From assembly GCA_002789955.1 (NCBI GenBank), contig PFUG01000212.1, positions 357 to 64,356 on the forward strand: a stretch of DNA of 64,000 bases, written 5' to 3'. Of this stretch, positions 1 through 8,792 are shown piece after piece; the stretch's first letter is position 1; the number at the start of each line of letters is the position of its first letter. The notes beneath the pieces are model-generated. The model worked only from the letters and a program-made list of their open reading frames with translations. It had not been told where the DNA came from and did not search any database. The position numbers and the translations under genes were made by a program. The DNA is from Deltaproteobacteria bacterium CG_4_9_14_3_um_filter_63_12 (GTDB taxonomy: Bacteria; Myxococcota_A; Bradymonadia; UBA4248; UM-FILTER-63-12).

Positions 1-123
1 CACGTCCATACCGGCCTCGGCCAGCTCGGCGCCAACGACCGCGCCGCCCGCACCGGTCCCGACCACGACCACATCTGCCGAATATTCGCTGCGCTCTGAG
101 TAGCTCGAAAAATTCAAAATCAT
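1..123 (-). CDS. GMC-family FAD-dependent oxidoreductase, N-terminal part (runs off the left edge)
   Basis: Manual translation from ATG 123: MILNFSSYSERSEYSADVVVVGTGAGGAVVGAELAEAGMDV, a GxGxGG FAD-binding Rossmann motif. ATGA overlap with the stop of 120..803. Confidence 0.8.
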   Translation of the reverse strand, partial: MILNFSSYSERSEYSADVVVVGTGAGGAVVGAELAEAGMDV

Positions 124-803
124 GACGCCGCCTCCTCTGAGTAGGGGCCGATGTGCTCTTTGGGGGCGGGCTCGCTGCCGGCCATCATTCGCGTACGGAG
201 GTTCAATCGGCTCTGCATGAACTCGGTGGGCTCATAGCCGATCGCCTTCTGAACCTCGTCGCTGTCGAAGTACTGCGAGAGAATGGCCATGCGGGCCGCG
301 AACACCAGTTGGCGTCCCAGAGCCCTTTTCGCCACCTCGTTCAAGAAGTCCTCGGCCTCGTCTCGATCGAGCGCGCGCAGCCGGCGCAACCCCTTCAGGT
401 TCCAGAGCGGCGAGAGGTCCAATGCGTGCACCGCGATCAACAGGCTCGCCGCGAATAGAGGGTGCATGTAGCGCAACGCCCGCAGGACGTCCTCTTCGAT
501 CTTGGCGAACATGGCGGCGTTGCCTGGCGCCGGTGGCGGCGGGCAGATGGCCTTGATCAAAGCGCGGAACGCCACTTGGGTCGTCTTGGGGAGGGCGACC
601 GGATCGGCGAAGCGCCAACCGTCCTTCGGGTGCCGCTCCAGGGTCCCCAAGGACGGCATCCACAATGAGCGGTCCGCAGCCATCGAATCCTCGCCGCTGC
701 TCGCCTTGGCGTGGTCGCCTTTGCGGCCCCACTTCAGGCTCTTTGGCAGGTTGGGCAGCGCTGCCCAGTGCCCGCCCAAGAGCGTCGTAGCCAGTGATCT
801 CAT
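120..803 (-). CDS. Hypothetical protein, probable small partner subunit of the GMC oxidoreductase (gluconate 2-dehydrogenase subunit 3-like)
   Basis: GAGGAGG RBS upstream of ATG 803. C-terminal YFDSDEVQKAIGY resembles the YY..P.VW..IGY motif of such partners. Translationally coupled to the GMC gene. Confidence 0.6.
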   Translation of the reverse strand: MRSLATTLLGGHWAALPNLPKSLKWGRKGDHAKASSGEDSMAADRSLWMPSLGTLERHPKDGWRFADPVALPKTTQVAFRALIKAICPPPPAPGNAAMFAKIEEDVLRALRYMHPLFAASLLIAVHALDLSPLWNLKGLRRLRALDRDEAEDFLNEVAKRALGRQLVFAARMAILSQYFDSDEVQKAIGYEPTEFMQSRLNLRTRMMAGSEPAPKEHIGPYSEEAAS

Positions 804-916
804 GTCATCCTCCTCGTGGTTCCAGCGCGTATCGAAAGCGGTCGCGTCACTGGTTTGCAGATGCGCAAGCGACCACCGCGGCGGCGGTCACTCGATGTCT
901 TCGGCCAGGCCTGAGG

Positions 917-1684
917 TCAGACGGCCTCACTGTGGCCGGGGTTGCTCTTGCGGCCCGCCTCGAGAAGCGGGCTGAGCAGAGTCAGAAGCACGCGGTCGAT
1001 CTTCGCGTAATAGGTGCGCGTCGCCGAGACCGCGCCCTCGGGGTCGTTCTCCGAGATGCAGCGCAGCAGACAGCGCAGGTAGTCCGGAAAGCTCGGGTCA
1101 GAGACCCACAGCGACTGGGTTCGAGAGATGAGACCGCGGTAGACCTCCAGCAGCGTGTTCGCGATCCACCGAGCCGTAAGCGAATGCGCAGCGTCCACCA
1201 AGGCGTTGATCAGCTCCACGTCGTCGTGGATCAGCGCCTCGCGGTCGTCCGTCTCGAAGTTGTGCAGCTGGAGCTCGACCAACCGCTCGAGCTGCTCGAT
1301 GTCCTCTGGCTTGGCGCGTTGAGCCGCCAGAGCCACGGACATCTCCAAGAGCTGCACCCGCGCCATGAGCAGATCCAACAGCGTGCGGATCTGCTCCGAC
1401 GGGTTGCGGGCTTGCATCAGGAAGGGTCCCAGACACTCGACCGTCGCAGTCTTGCGAAAGTCCAAGATGGTCACGCCCTGGCCGTGCCGCACCGAAACCA
1501 GGTGCGCGTGCTCCAGCTTGCGAAGCGCTTCGCGCAGCGTGTTGCGGTTGGTCTGGTAGTGGGCGGCGAGCTCCCTCTCGGACGGTAAACGTGTGCCCGG
1601 TTTGAGGTCGTCGCAAAGGATCCGCTTTAGCAAGTCTTCGTATATCGACAGCGCCAAATTGTCATTTTTGTTGCGCTCTGGCAT
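917..1684 (-). CDS. GntR/FadR-family transcriptional regulator
   Basis: wHTH motif LKPGTRLPSERELAAHYQTNRNTLREALRKLE..G.GVT plus helical FCD C-terminal domain. Start at ATG 1684 preferred (1696 possible). Confidence 0.92.
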   Translation of the reverse strand: MPERNKNDNLALSIYEDLLKRILCDDLKPGTRLPSERELAAHYQTNRNTLREALRKLEHAHLVSVRHGQGVTILDFRKTATVECLGPFLMQARNPSEQIRTLLDLLMARVQLLEMSVALAAQRAKPEDIEQLERLVELQLHNFETDDREALIHDDVELINALVDAAHSLTARWIANTLLEVYRGLISRTQSLWVSDPSFPDYLRCLLRCISENDPEGAVSATRTYYAKIDRVLLTLLSPLLEAGRKSNPGHSEAV

Positions 1685-1757
1685 GGAGTGCCCCATCAAA
1701 CTCGTCCTGTGGCGGCTGCTCGTCCGCACCTCGCGGACTCTTCCGCGCCGCTGGCCT

Positions 1758-1802
1758 CAAATTGGTTGAACCAGTCCGAACCTATCTGGTTCAACCAATT
1801 TG
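1758..1802. promoter_or_regulatory. Double FadR/PdhR-type operator (17-bp perfect inverted repeat)
   Basis: CAAATTGGTTGAACCAG (1758-1774) and CTGGTTCAACCAATTTG (1786-1802), 11-bp spacer. Each arm contains TGGT-N3-ACCA. Lies between the divergent gntR and HCCA isomerase genes. Confidence 0.8.
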
Positions 1803-1806
1803 TCAA
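1779..1806 (-). promoter_or_regulatory. Putative sigma70 promoter for the gntR operon
   Basis: Minus strand TTGACA (1806-1801), 16-bp spacer, TAGGTT (1784-1779). Overlaps the operator. Confidence 0.55.
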
Positions 1807-1898
1807 CCCCCTCTTTCGCGGCAGGATTGCGCTCCAAACTCCAAAGTCCTAGGAGAAGCCCTGTAACGCTCAATTCAAGGGACGAGAGGAGAGAAATC

Positions 1899-2492
1899 AT
1901 GGCCGAGCTCGAGTTCTTCTTCGACGTGGGTTCCCCCTACAGCTACCTCGCCGCCACTCAGCTCGAGGCCCTCGGCCACCGAACCGGCGCGACGGTGCGC
2001 TGGCGGCCTTTCCTGCTGGGCGCCGTCTTCAAGGCCACCTCGAATCACATGCCCGCAGCCGTCCAAGCCAAGGCAATGTGGATGCTGAGTGACCTGCGCA
2101 ACTGGGCCAACCACTACGGCGTGCCCTTCACCTTCTCGTCGCGCTTCCCGCTGAACACGCTCCTGCCGCAACGGTTCTTGTCCGCAGCAGTGCTCGACAA
2201 GGGTGAGCAAGGAATCGCCCCCCTGGCCCTCGCGCTCTTCGAGGCCTATTGGGTGCATGACCGCGACATCTCGAACCCGCAGGTCGCCGGAGCGGTGGCC
2301 GATGAGGTGGGACTGGACGGCAACACTCTGCTGGCGCTCGCGTCACAAGCGCCGGCCAAAGACGCCCTGCGCGCCACGACCGACGAAGCCGTAGCCCGCG
2401 GCGCCTTCGGTGCACCGTCCTTCTTCGTCGGCGAGCGCCTCTTCTGGGGCAACGATCGGCTAGACTTCGTCGAAGCGGCCCTGAAGGGCTAG
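1899..2492 (+). CDS. 2-hydroxychromene-2-carboxylate isomerase / DsbA-like (GST-kappa) protein
   Basis: LEFFFDVGSPYSYLA, WRPFLLGAVF and GAFGAPSFFVGERLFWGNDRLDF motifs. GAGGAG RBS before ATG 1899. Confidence 0.92.
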   Translation: MAELEFFFDVGSPYSYLAATQLEALGHRTGATVRWRPFLLGAVFKATSNHMPAAVQAKAMWMLSDLRNWANHYGVPFTFSSRFPLNTLLPQRFLSAAVLDKGEQGIAPLALALFEAYWVHDRDISNPQVAGAVADEVGLDGNTLLALASQAPAKDALRATTDEAVARGAFGAPSFFVGERLFWGNDRLDFVEAALKG

Positions 2493-2498
2493 CGCGCC

Positions 2499-3878
2499 TC
2501 AGCTTTGCCGGGCGATGGTGTCGGCGTTGTGCCTCGCCTTGAAGCGCACGCACTCCTCGATCCGCCGCCGGCGCGCTGCGTCATAGTGGAAGAAGTTGAC
2601 CTCGAGGGTCGGGTCTGCTTCGAGCCAGCCCTGCAAGGCCTGACCGCTCAGCCCCGTGAACGAGGTCTCGGGCGGAATTCGCCCAAGCTCCAGCCACCAC
2701 CGCTCGAAACCGTACGCCTGAGCAAACTGCTCGTAGATGGGTGTACCCGGAAACGGGATGAGGACCCCGCGGTTGTTGAAAAAATCGGTCAGCGGCACCA
2801 GCTCCTCCATGAAACGCAAGGTCTCTTCGAGCTCTTCGGCGCCCTCCTCGGGGAAGCCGAACATGACGTTGACCACCGTGCGGATGCCCGCCGCCTTGGC
2901 CGCCACGAGCGACTCGACGAAACGTTCGGGGGCGAGCCCCTTCTTGATGGCCTTGAGGACTTTGCGCGAGCCGCTCTCGAGCCCGAAGTTGATGGAGACG
3001 CAGCCCGCCGCGGCCATCTTCTTCAGGAGCTCGGCGCGCACCATGTTCGCCGGCGTGATGCAGCCCCAGGTCACGCCGCGCAGCGCTGGGTCGGCGCGCA
3101 GCTGCTCGCAGAACTGCTCGACCCGGTCGGCGCGGGCGGTGAAGGCGTCGTCGTGAAAGGGGAAATGGCGCACGCCGAAGCGGCTGCTGAGCTCGCGCAT
3201 CTCGAGCAGAACGTTCTCCACTGAGCGATAGCGAAACACTCGCCCCGTCACGTGGTTCGCGCAGAACGTGCAGCGCGCCGGGCAACCGCGGCTGCTGATG
3301 AGGCTGCACACCGCGCCGAAGGTCTCCACGCCGTACCAGCGCGGGTCGTAGCAGCCGAGCGCCTCGGACGGAAAGGGCAGCGCGTCCAGCTCCGCGATCG
3401 TCTCTCGCACAGGCCCATAGGCCGGGCCTCCGGCGTCTTGGGGCTTGTTCACGATGACGCCAGGGACGTGCTCGAGCGGCCCACCACGCTCTAGGGACGC
3501 GGCCAGCTCGACCAACGTGTGCTCGCCTTCGCCCGGGACGCAGACGTCGAACCCAAAGTCGAGGGGCTCGATGGGCGCTGCGGCGACGTGCGGGCCGCCA
3601 GCGACAAAGAGAGCGTCGAGGTCGGTCAGGGTCTGGCGCAGCCGATATCCTTCCAGCGCGTTGATGGTGAACAAGGTGAAGCCGACCAGCTGCGGCGCGA
3701 ACGCGTGAGCGGCGTCGAGGAAGTCGAGCCCGACCGCCTCCCAGTGGGTCGCGGCCAGGTCGAGGCAGCGGACTTCGTGACCGGCGCGAAGGAGGGCGGC
3801 GGCAACATACTGCTGACCGAGATACGGCGAGCCCAGGGGTTGTGGGAGTCGGGGGGTCAGCAGGAGAACTCGAGCCAT
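2499..3878 (-). CDS. B12-binding domain radical SAM protein
   Basis: N-terminal cobalamin-binding region (PYLGQQYVAAAL, VAGGPH, GEGE), SRGCPARCTFC CxxxCxxC, GLESGS, MFGFPEE, PFPGT. Confidence 0.92.
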   Translation of the reverse strand: MARVLLLTPRLPQPLGSPYLGQQYVAAALLRAGHEVRCLDLAATHWEAVGLDFLDAAHAFAPQLVGFTLFTINALEGYRLRQTLTDLDALFVAGGPHVAAAPIEPLDFGFDVCVPGEGEHTLVELAASLERGGPLEHVPGVIVNKPQDAGGPAYGPVRETIAELDALPFPSEALGCYDPRWYGVETFGAVCSLISSRGCPARCTFCANHVTGRVFRYRSVENVLLEMRELSSRFGVRHFPFHDDAFTARADRVEQFCEQLRADPALRGVTWGCITPANMVRAELLKKMAAAGCVSINFGLESGSRKVLKAIKKGLAPERFVESLVAAKAAGIRTVVNVMFGFPEEGAEELEETLRFMEELVPLTDFFNNRGVLIPFPGTPIYEQFAQAYGFERWWLELGRIPPETSFTGLSGQALQGWLEADPTLEVNFFHYDAARRRRIEECVRFKARHNADTIARQS

Positions 3879-3978
3879 TCGAACCTCTGGCGATGCGCTT
3901 TGTTGGGCACAAGGAAGCTAACGCTCGATCGGCGTGCGTACAACGGCCAACGGCGACAATGATGGAAGAACTCCGTCG

Positions 3979-4322
3979 CGATGAGCTCGACTTCGCCTTG
4001 GCCATCGACGGTTCGACGGGCTCCGGACCAGTCTGGAGCTTGCTTCGGCCGAAGCAGTTGCTGCTGCGATGAGTTCGATGCTGCCTTGGCCATCGATGGT
4101 TCGACGGGCCCCGGGCTCCGGGCTCCGGGCTCCGGACTCCGGACTTGAACCTTTGTTCACGGTGTCCGTAATCCATGAACTCGGTTCCGACCAGTCTGGA
4201 GTCTGGAGTCTGGAACTTGCTTCGGCCGAAGCAGTTGCAGCTTCGGCGATGAGCTCGATGCTGTCTTGGCTATCGACGGTTCGACGGGCTCCGGACTCCG
4301 GACTTGGACCTTTGTTCTCGGT
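3979..4322. repeat. Modular intergenic direct-repeat region with palindromes and 7-bp microsatellites
   Basis: Three copies of a ~45-bp unit gatgagYtcga...cttggcYatcgaYggttcgacggg (~3980, ~4068, ~4248). Two copies of the perfect palindrome TGCTTCGGCCGAAGCA (4041-4056, 4218-4233). Tandem GGCTCCG/GACTCCG and GTCTGGA heptamers. Confidence 0.85.
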
Positions 4323-4451
4323 CTGAGCTGTTCCCCATGTGCCCGGTTTGGATCTTATCGATCCTATCACGTTGGACTGGATATCACGGGGGCAATGGAG
4401 TTAGTCTTCGGGGGTCACGCTCGAGGAGAAGTTGGTAACGATGAGGCAAAG

Positions 4452-6911
4452 ATGTTCAGACCTGTAGGGCAGCCGAAATGGACCTTGTTTCTCGTCGCTC
4501 TCTCGCTGACCCTTGCGCTGGGCTGTGATGACGGCCCGTCGACGCAGACACCAACAGATGACGCCACAGAGCTGGGACCCGATGGGACCTCGAACCAAGG
4601 GCGAGTGAGTGACGGCTTGCTGGCCTTCTACACCTTCTCCGAGAGCCAGAGTCGCATCGCCTACGACCGGGCGAATACGGGCGACCCCATCGACCTCTAC
4701 CAGCGCGAGACCGAGTATCTCGAGCGTCTGCAGCACCGAAACGGTTTCGCCATACGGGAGTCGGAGTGGCGGGACAACGGGTTTGAGTCCCTCGAGCTGC
4801 CGCACCGCATCAACGACGCCATCAAGGAGAGCCATGAGTTCACCTTGGAGCTCTGGTGCAAGCCCGACGACGTCTTGGTCGAGGGCCCGGCGCGAATGCT
4901 CACCCTGTCCTTCGACGGCAACAACCGCAACGTCACGCTCGGGCAGTTCCAAGGCGACCTTGCCGTCGGCCTTCGAACCGACGACCCAGGCGTCACCGCC
5001 AACGGCATGCCGACGCTCTACGCGCCGAAGGCCGTCACGGCCAAACAGGAGACGCACTACGCGCTGACCTTCGCCGACGGGGTATTGAAGCTCTACCGCA
5101 ATGGCGTGGCCCAGTCGCTCTACGATCGCACCGAGGACGCCGACGGCAACACCGTGGAGACCCTCGTAGAAGGCCGCCTCGGGACGTTCTCGAACTGGGG
5201 CTCCGACTTCGCCTTGACGATCGGCGACGAGACCAGCGGTGACCGCTCGTGGGCTGGGGAGATCTACCTCGTCGCCATCTATGGTCGGGCGCTCAGCCTG
5301 GCCGAGCTGCAACGAAACATCGCCGCCGGCAGCCTCTTCGCCAAAGAGCCGCCGCCAGTGAAGGACGTGACGCCGCCGAGCTCGCCGCTGTTGACGGCCA
5401 AGGTGTTGCCCAACGGCGTACAGCTGGATTGGACGCGCGCCGCGGACATCGGCGGGGTCTCGGGTTATTGGGTCTACCGCAGCGGCAGCCGCATCGCGAC
5501 GACCGAGGATCTGTCCTACTTCGACACAGGCCTAGGAAACGGGGCGCAATACACCTACGCGATCGGGGCGTTCGATCGAGACATGAACCGCACTCTCAGC
5601 AACTCCGTGACGTTGCGTTCGGCCGTCGTGTCCGAGTGGAACCACCTCCATGTGCACTACAGCCAGCGGCAGCTCGAGAAAGACAACGGCGAACAGTTCT
5701 TCTACCTCTCCGACAACGCCACGGCCCTGCTCGAGAAGCTCAGCCTCACGGAGATGGACCAATACCTCAACGACCGAGCCCTCAAGGGGTTCACCGTCAT
5801 TCAGTTCGGGCTCTTGCCCACCTTGGACGGCTCGACGCCAGATGGCATCAAGCCCTTTGGCACGGACGGGCTCTCCCTCAACGAAGCGTACTTCGAGCGA
5901 GTCGACGCGGCGATGGCGAAGATGAAGGCCCGTGGGCTCTTCCCTGCCATCCAAGTGGTCCCTTACCAAGAGTATCTCGACGGCGCGACTCCAGTGATGA
6001 CGCGGGACCTGGCGACGACGTTGGGCGAGTTCGTCGGTGCTCGCTACTCAGACGACGCGGTCTTCATTCTCGGCGCGGGCACCTCACCTGAAGGCTTCAT
6101 CGACGTTTGGCACAACCTCGGGATGGGCCTGCGCACGGGGGGCACCGGCATCCGGACCTTCTTCCCTGGCCCTGGCGAGAGTTCCAGCACCTGGTTCCAC
6201 GCCGAGGAGTGGCTCGGGTTCAACAGTGTCAACTCGGGCCAGGTCGCCGACGCAGAGAGCTGGGCGCTGATCGAGCCCGACATGCTGCTCGAGACTCCAA
6301 GTCACCGGCCGTGCATGGAGCTGGGCGGGGGGCTCGAGGACATTCCCGCCGCAGGGTCCATGGACAACCCACGACTCGGCGACTGGGAAGTCCGCAAGGC
6401 GGCCTACCGCTCGGTCTTCTCCGGCGGACATGGCTACGCCTATGGCTCGAACGAGGTCAGTCAGTTCTGGACCAGTGCGGACTCGAGCGCGACGGGCGCT
6501 CGAACGCCCTGGCAGGTCGCACTCGACGCTCCAGGCGCGCGCCAGATGGGCTATCTCCGCGCGCTCTTCGAAGGACGCCCGTTCCGCGGTCGCACGGCGC
6601 AGCCGGAGCTCGTGGTCGGCCAGCCCAGCGCTCCTGCGCAGCACGTCAGCGTCACGATGGAAGACGATCACTGGCTCTTCGCCTACTTCCCCGAGGGCGG
6701 CGAGGCGACGCTGGACGTCTCCCTGCTCTCATCGCCCGAGGTCGATGGCTACTGGTACAGCCCCCGCACCGGTGCCTATTGGGAGCTCCAGCGGCACAGC
6801 GGCGAGAACACGAGGACATACACGCCCCCGACCTCAGGTCCAGGCAACGATTGGGTGTTGGTGCTCGACGCTCCGGAATATCGATACCCACCGCCCGGCC
6901 AGAGCTGGTGA
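4452..6911 (+). CDS. Lipoprotein with LamG-like, fibronectin type III, DUF4038/GH140-like and C-terminal collagen-binding-like domains
   Basis: Lipobox LALGC after ATG 4452. LamG (FTLELWCKP, HYALTF, WAGEIYLVAIYGRALS). FN3 (DVTPPSSP, LDWT, GYWVYR, YTYAIGAFD). DUF4038-like GEQFFYLSD..YLNDRALKGFTVIQ. C-terminal WYSPRTG..NDWVLVL. Confidence 0.8.
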   Translation: MFRPVGQPKWTLFLVALSLTLALGCDDGPSTQTPTDDATELGPDGTSNQGRVSDGLLAFYTFSESQSRIAYDRANTGDPIDLYQRETEYLERLQHRNGFAIRESEWRDNGFESLELPHRINDAIKESHEFTLELWCKPDDVLVEGPARMLTLSFDGNNRNVTLGQFQGDLAVGLRTDDPGVTANGMPTLYAPKAVTAKQETHYALTFADGVLKLYRNGVAQSLYDRTEDADGNTVETLVEGRLGTFSNWGSDFALTIGDETSGDRSWAGEIYLVAIYGRALSLAELQRNIAAGSLFAKEPPPVKDVTPPSSPLLTAKVLPNGVQLDWTRAADIGGVSGYWVYRSGSRIATTEDLSYFDTGLGNGAQYTYAIGAFDRDMNRTLSNSVTLRSAVVSEWNHLHVHYSQRQLEKDNGEQFFYLSDNATALLEKLSLTEMDQYLNDRALKGFTVIQFGLLPTLDGSTPDGIKPFGTDGLSLNEAYFERVDAAMAKMKARGLFPAIQVVPYQEYLDGATPVMTRDLATTLGEFVGARYSDDAVFILGAGTSPEGFIDVWHNLGMGLRTGGTGIRTFFPGPGESSSTWFHAEEWLGFNSVNSGQVADAESWALIEPDMLLETPSHRPCMELGGGLEDIPAAGSMDNPRLGDWEVRKAAYRSVFSGGHGYAYGSNEVSQFWTSADSSATGARTPWQVALDAPGARQMGYLRALFEGRPFRGRTAQPELVVGQPSAPAQHVSVTMEDDHWLFAYFPEGGEATLDVSLLSSPEVDGYWYSPRTGAYWELQRHSGENTRTYTPPTSGPGNDWVLVLDAPEYRYPPPGQSW

Positions 6912-6914
6912 GAA

Positions 6915-6986
6915 AATTGCCGAGCGGACGGCCGATTTTCGCACCGCAAGCCTTCGAAACGACACGAAAATCGGTCGGGGGCAAGC
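6915..6986 (-). repeat. Dispersed ~72-bp repeat family A, copy 1
   Basis: Reverse complement aligns without gaps to 61849-61920: hairpin cgaccgattttcg-N23-cgaaaatcggYcg followed by tccgctcggca. Confidence 0.85.
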
Positions 6987-7040
6987 AAGGCTATAACCCC
7001 AGATCGGCGGGGCGGCGCGGGGGCGCCCCGTTCTCCTCGC

Positions 7041-7895
7041 TCAGCGCAGCAGGATCAGGCGGAAGCGGACCTCGGACTTGAAGCCCACGCTCTGGGCCGC
7101 CTCGGTCCAAACCTCCTTGTCGCTGTCGATGAACATGATGACCTCTTTGCCCTTCTCCAACAGCAGGTTTCCGGCTTGACCGAGGATGCCAGAGACCAGG
7201 CGAGGACGCTGCAGCGGCCGGGGAATGTAGACGCGGTCGAGCATCATCACGCCAGGCTCGGGACTCTTGGCTTCGCCGAAGAAGATGGGCTTGCCCTTCT
7301 GCTTCCCGATCAGGAACTCGCCGCGCTCGATGGACTGCAAACAGCGCTTCTCGTGCGCCTCACGTGAGGCTCGGCGAGGATCTGCGTCCCACTGCTCCAA
7401 CGACTGCTCGGCGGCGAACTCCGACACGAGCTTGAGGTCCTTGGCGGTGGCGATCTCTACGCTGTAGGCGCTGTTGGTCTCGGGCGCGGCCTTGAGCGAG
7501 GTCAGCGTGCGCTCTTTGTCGCCGACGACCTTGCGGTTGATCTTCTGGAAACCAGCCCAGAAGACGCCCATCAAGCCCACCTCACCGAAGAGCATGTGGG
7601 TCCCGCCGGTGCTCGCTCGGCTGCCAGCAGCGCGCGCCATGGCCTGCGCCAAGGTGCGGGTCGCGGAATCGTCTTCGCCATAGATGTTGGCCGTCGTCCC
7701 CTCGACTCCCGCCAGCGCCTTGATCTCTCCGCCTTTGCCGAAGGCCGCATGCCACCACCCGTCGAAATTTTCGAGGTCGAGGGCCGCGAGCTTCATGAGC
7801 AAGGTCGGGTATCGTGGCGCACGGGCCAAGAACGACGTGACTTTGTCGTAATCCTTGGGAGGCACTTGGTTGCACTGGTAAGTCGTCTCGTCCAC
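7041..7895 (-). CDS. Hypothetical protein with C-terminal GNAT-like fold
   Basis: Long ORF with typical codon usage. C-terminal DRVYIPRPLQRPRL and AAQSVGFK resemble degenerate GNAT motifs. GTG start. Confidence 0.6.
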   Translation of the reverse strand: MDETTYQCNQVPPKDYDKVTSFLARAPRYPTLLMKLAALDLENFDGWWHAAFGKGGEIKALAGVEGTTANIYGEDDSATRTLAQAMARAAGSRASTGGTHMLFGEVGLMGVFWAGFQKINRKVVGDKERTLTSLKAAPETNSAYSVEIATAKDLKLVSEFAAEQSLEQWDADPRRASREAHEKRCLQSIERGEFLIGKQKGKPIFFGEAKSPEPGVMMLDRVYIPRPLQRPRLVSGILGQAGNLLLEKGKEVIMFIDSDKEVWTEAAQSVGFKSEVRFRLILLR

Positions 7896-7997
7896 GGTTC
7901 TTACTCCATTTCACTCGCTGATTCACTGAGAGAAACACTTGCCGGCGTAGCCTATGGCCATTCTTGATGGTTTGCTCGAAGCGCCACGCGCTCGAGT

Positions 7998-8357
7998 TCA
8001 GTCGTCATCCGCTTCCATGGCCGCAAGGGTCGCCTCGTCGAATACTGGCTCTCCCGCGTCGAACTCCATCTCCACGAGGACATCCCCCTCTTCGCTGTAC
8101 TGGACATAGTCGCCGTGCAGCTTCCCGTCTTGGTAGGCGCTCTCTTCGAAGAGCTCTCCGCTGGGGTACCAGCGGCGATAGGGACCTTGCAGGACTCCGT
8201 CGACGTGGGTCGCCTCATAGAGGAGCTGTCCGTCCTCGTCCCAGCGCCGCAAGACCCCGTGCAGCATACCCCGCTCGTAGGCGACCTCGAACTGCCGCTG
8301 CCCGTCCTCGAAGAACTGCTCGTAGATTCCTTTGCCTTCGTCTTCTTCGTTCGCCAT
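7998..8357 (-). CDS. MORN-variant repeat protein (YwqK-type antitoxin-like)
   Basis: Repeats of Y..G.LHG..RRW.E.GQL (GMLHGVLRRWDEDGQL, GVLQGPYRRWYPSGEL, GKLHGDYVQYSEEGDV). Alternative start 8366. Confidence 0.85.
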   Translation of the reverse strand: MANEEDEGKGIYEQFFEDGQRQFEVAYERGMLHGVLRRWDEDGQLLYEATHVDGVLQGPYRRWYPSGELFEESAYQDGKLHGDYVQYSEEGDVLVEMEFDAGEPVFDEATLAAMEADDD

Positions 8358-8376
8358 GGTTCTCATTTGAGGCTTC

Positions 8377-8446
8377 GCTGACCACGACCAATTTTCGCTC
8401 TATTTCGAACCGTTGTGGTGCGAAAATCGGTCGTCCGCTTGGCATT
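8377..8446 (+). repeat. Dispersed repeat family A, copy 2
   Basis: ccacgaccaattttcg-ctctatttcgaaccgttgtggtg-cgaaaatcggtcgtccgcttggca. Confidence 0.85.
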
Positions 8447-8637
8447 CGATGTCGGCGCGAACCGCATTCGTTGAAGGCCGACGAAGTGGGACGACGGCTC
8501 TCTCGAGCAAAACCTCATCGTCGACACGTTCATCGGGCTCACATCAGGCGAAACTACCGTCGTTTCTAGAGCGCGACAACACGCCAAGAACCAGAGGCAC
8601 GGCGACAACTCTCTGCACCCCGAGCTCTTCCAGGAAG

Positions 8638-8696
8638 GATTTTCGCTTTATTTCGCTGCGTTGCGGTGCGAAAATTGGTCATCCGCTCAGCATATT
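8638..8696 (+). repeat. Dispersed repeat family A, copy 3 (5'-truncated)
   Basis: gattttcg-ctttatttcgctgcgttgcggtg-cgaaaattggtcatccgctcagca. Confidence 0.75.
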
Positions 8697-8792
8697 GACT
8701 GCGGCGGACTCTGGACTGAGGTTCTCGCAATATGGTGGAGCATCGGGTAATAAGCGAAGACCCCCTGCAGCAATCCGGGAGAACTCCTGCAG

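Noticed and set aside
3979..4322. Possible CRISPR array
   Set aside because: The sequences between repeats are themselves repeated and vary widely in length. There are only three units and no cas genes.
7914..7937. Peptide LADSLRET appears in ORF-track translations here and at ~20966
   Set aside because: The DNA is not similar and at least one ORF is spurious. An 8-residue match of common residues is plausible by chance in a six-frame translation.
8447..8637. Coding-like stretch between repeat A copies 2 and 3
   Set aside because: No start codon with an RBS and no recognisable motif. At most a gene remnant.
6915..8696. Repeat A as integron attC sites
   Set aside because: No RYYYAAC/GTTRRRY ends, copies occur in both orientations, and there is no integrase.
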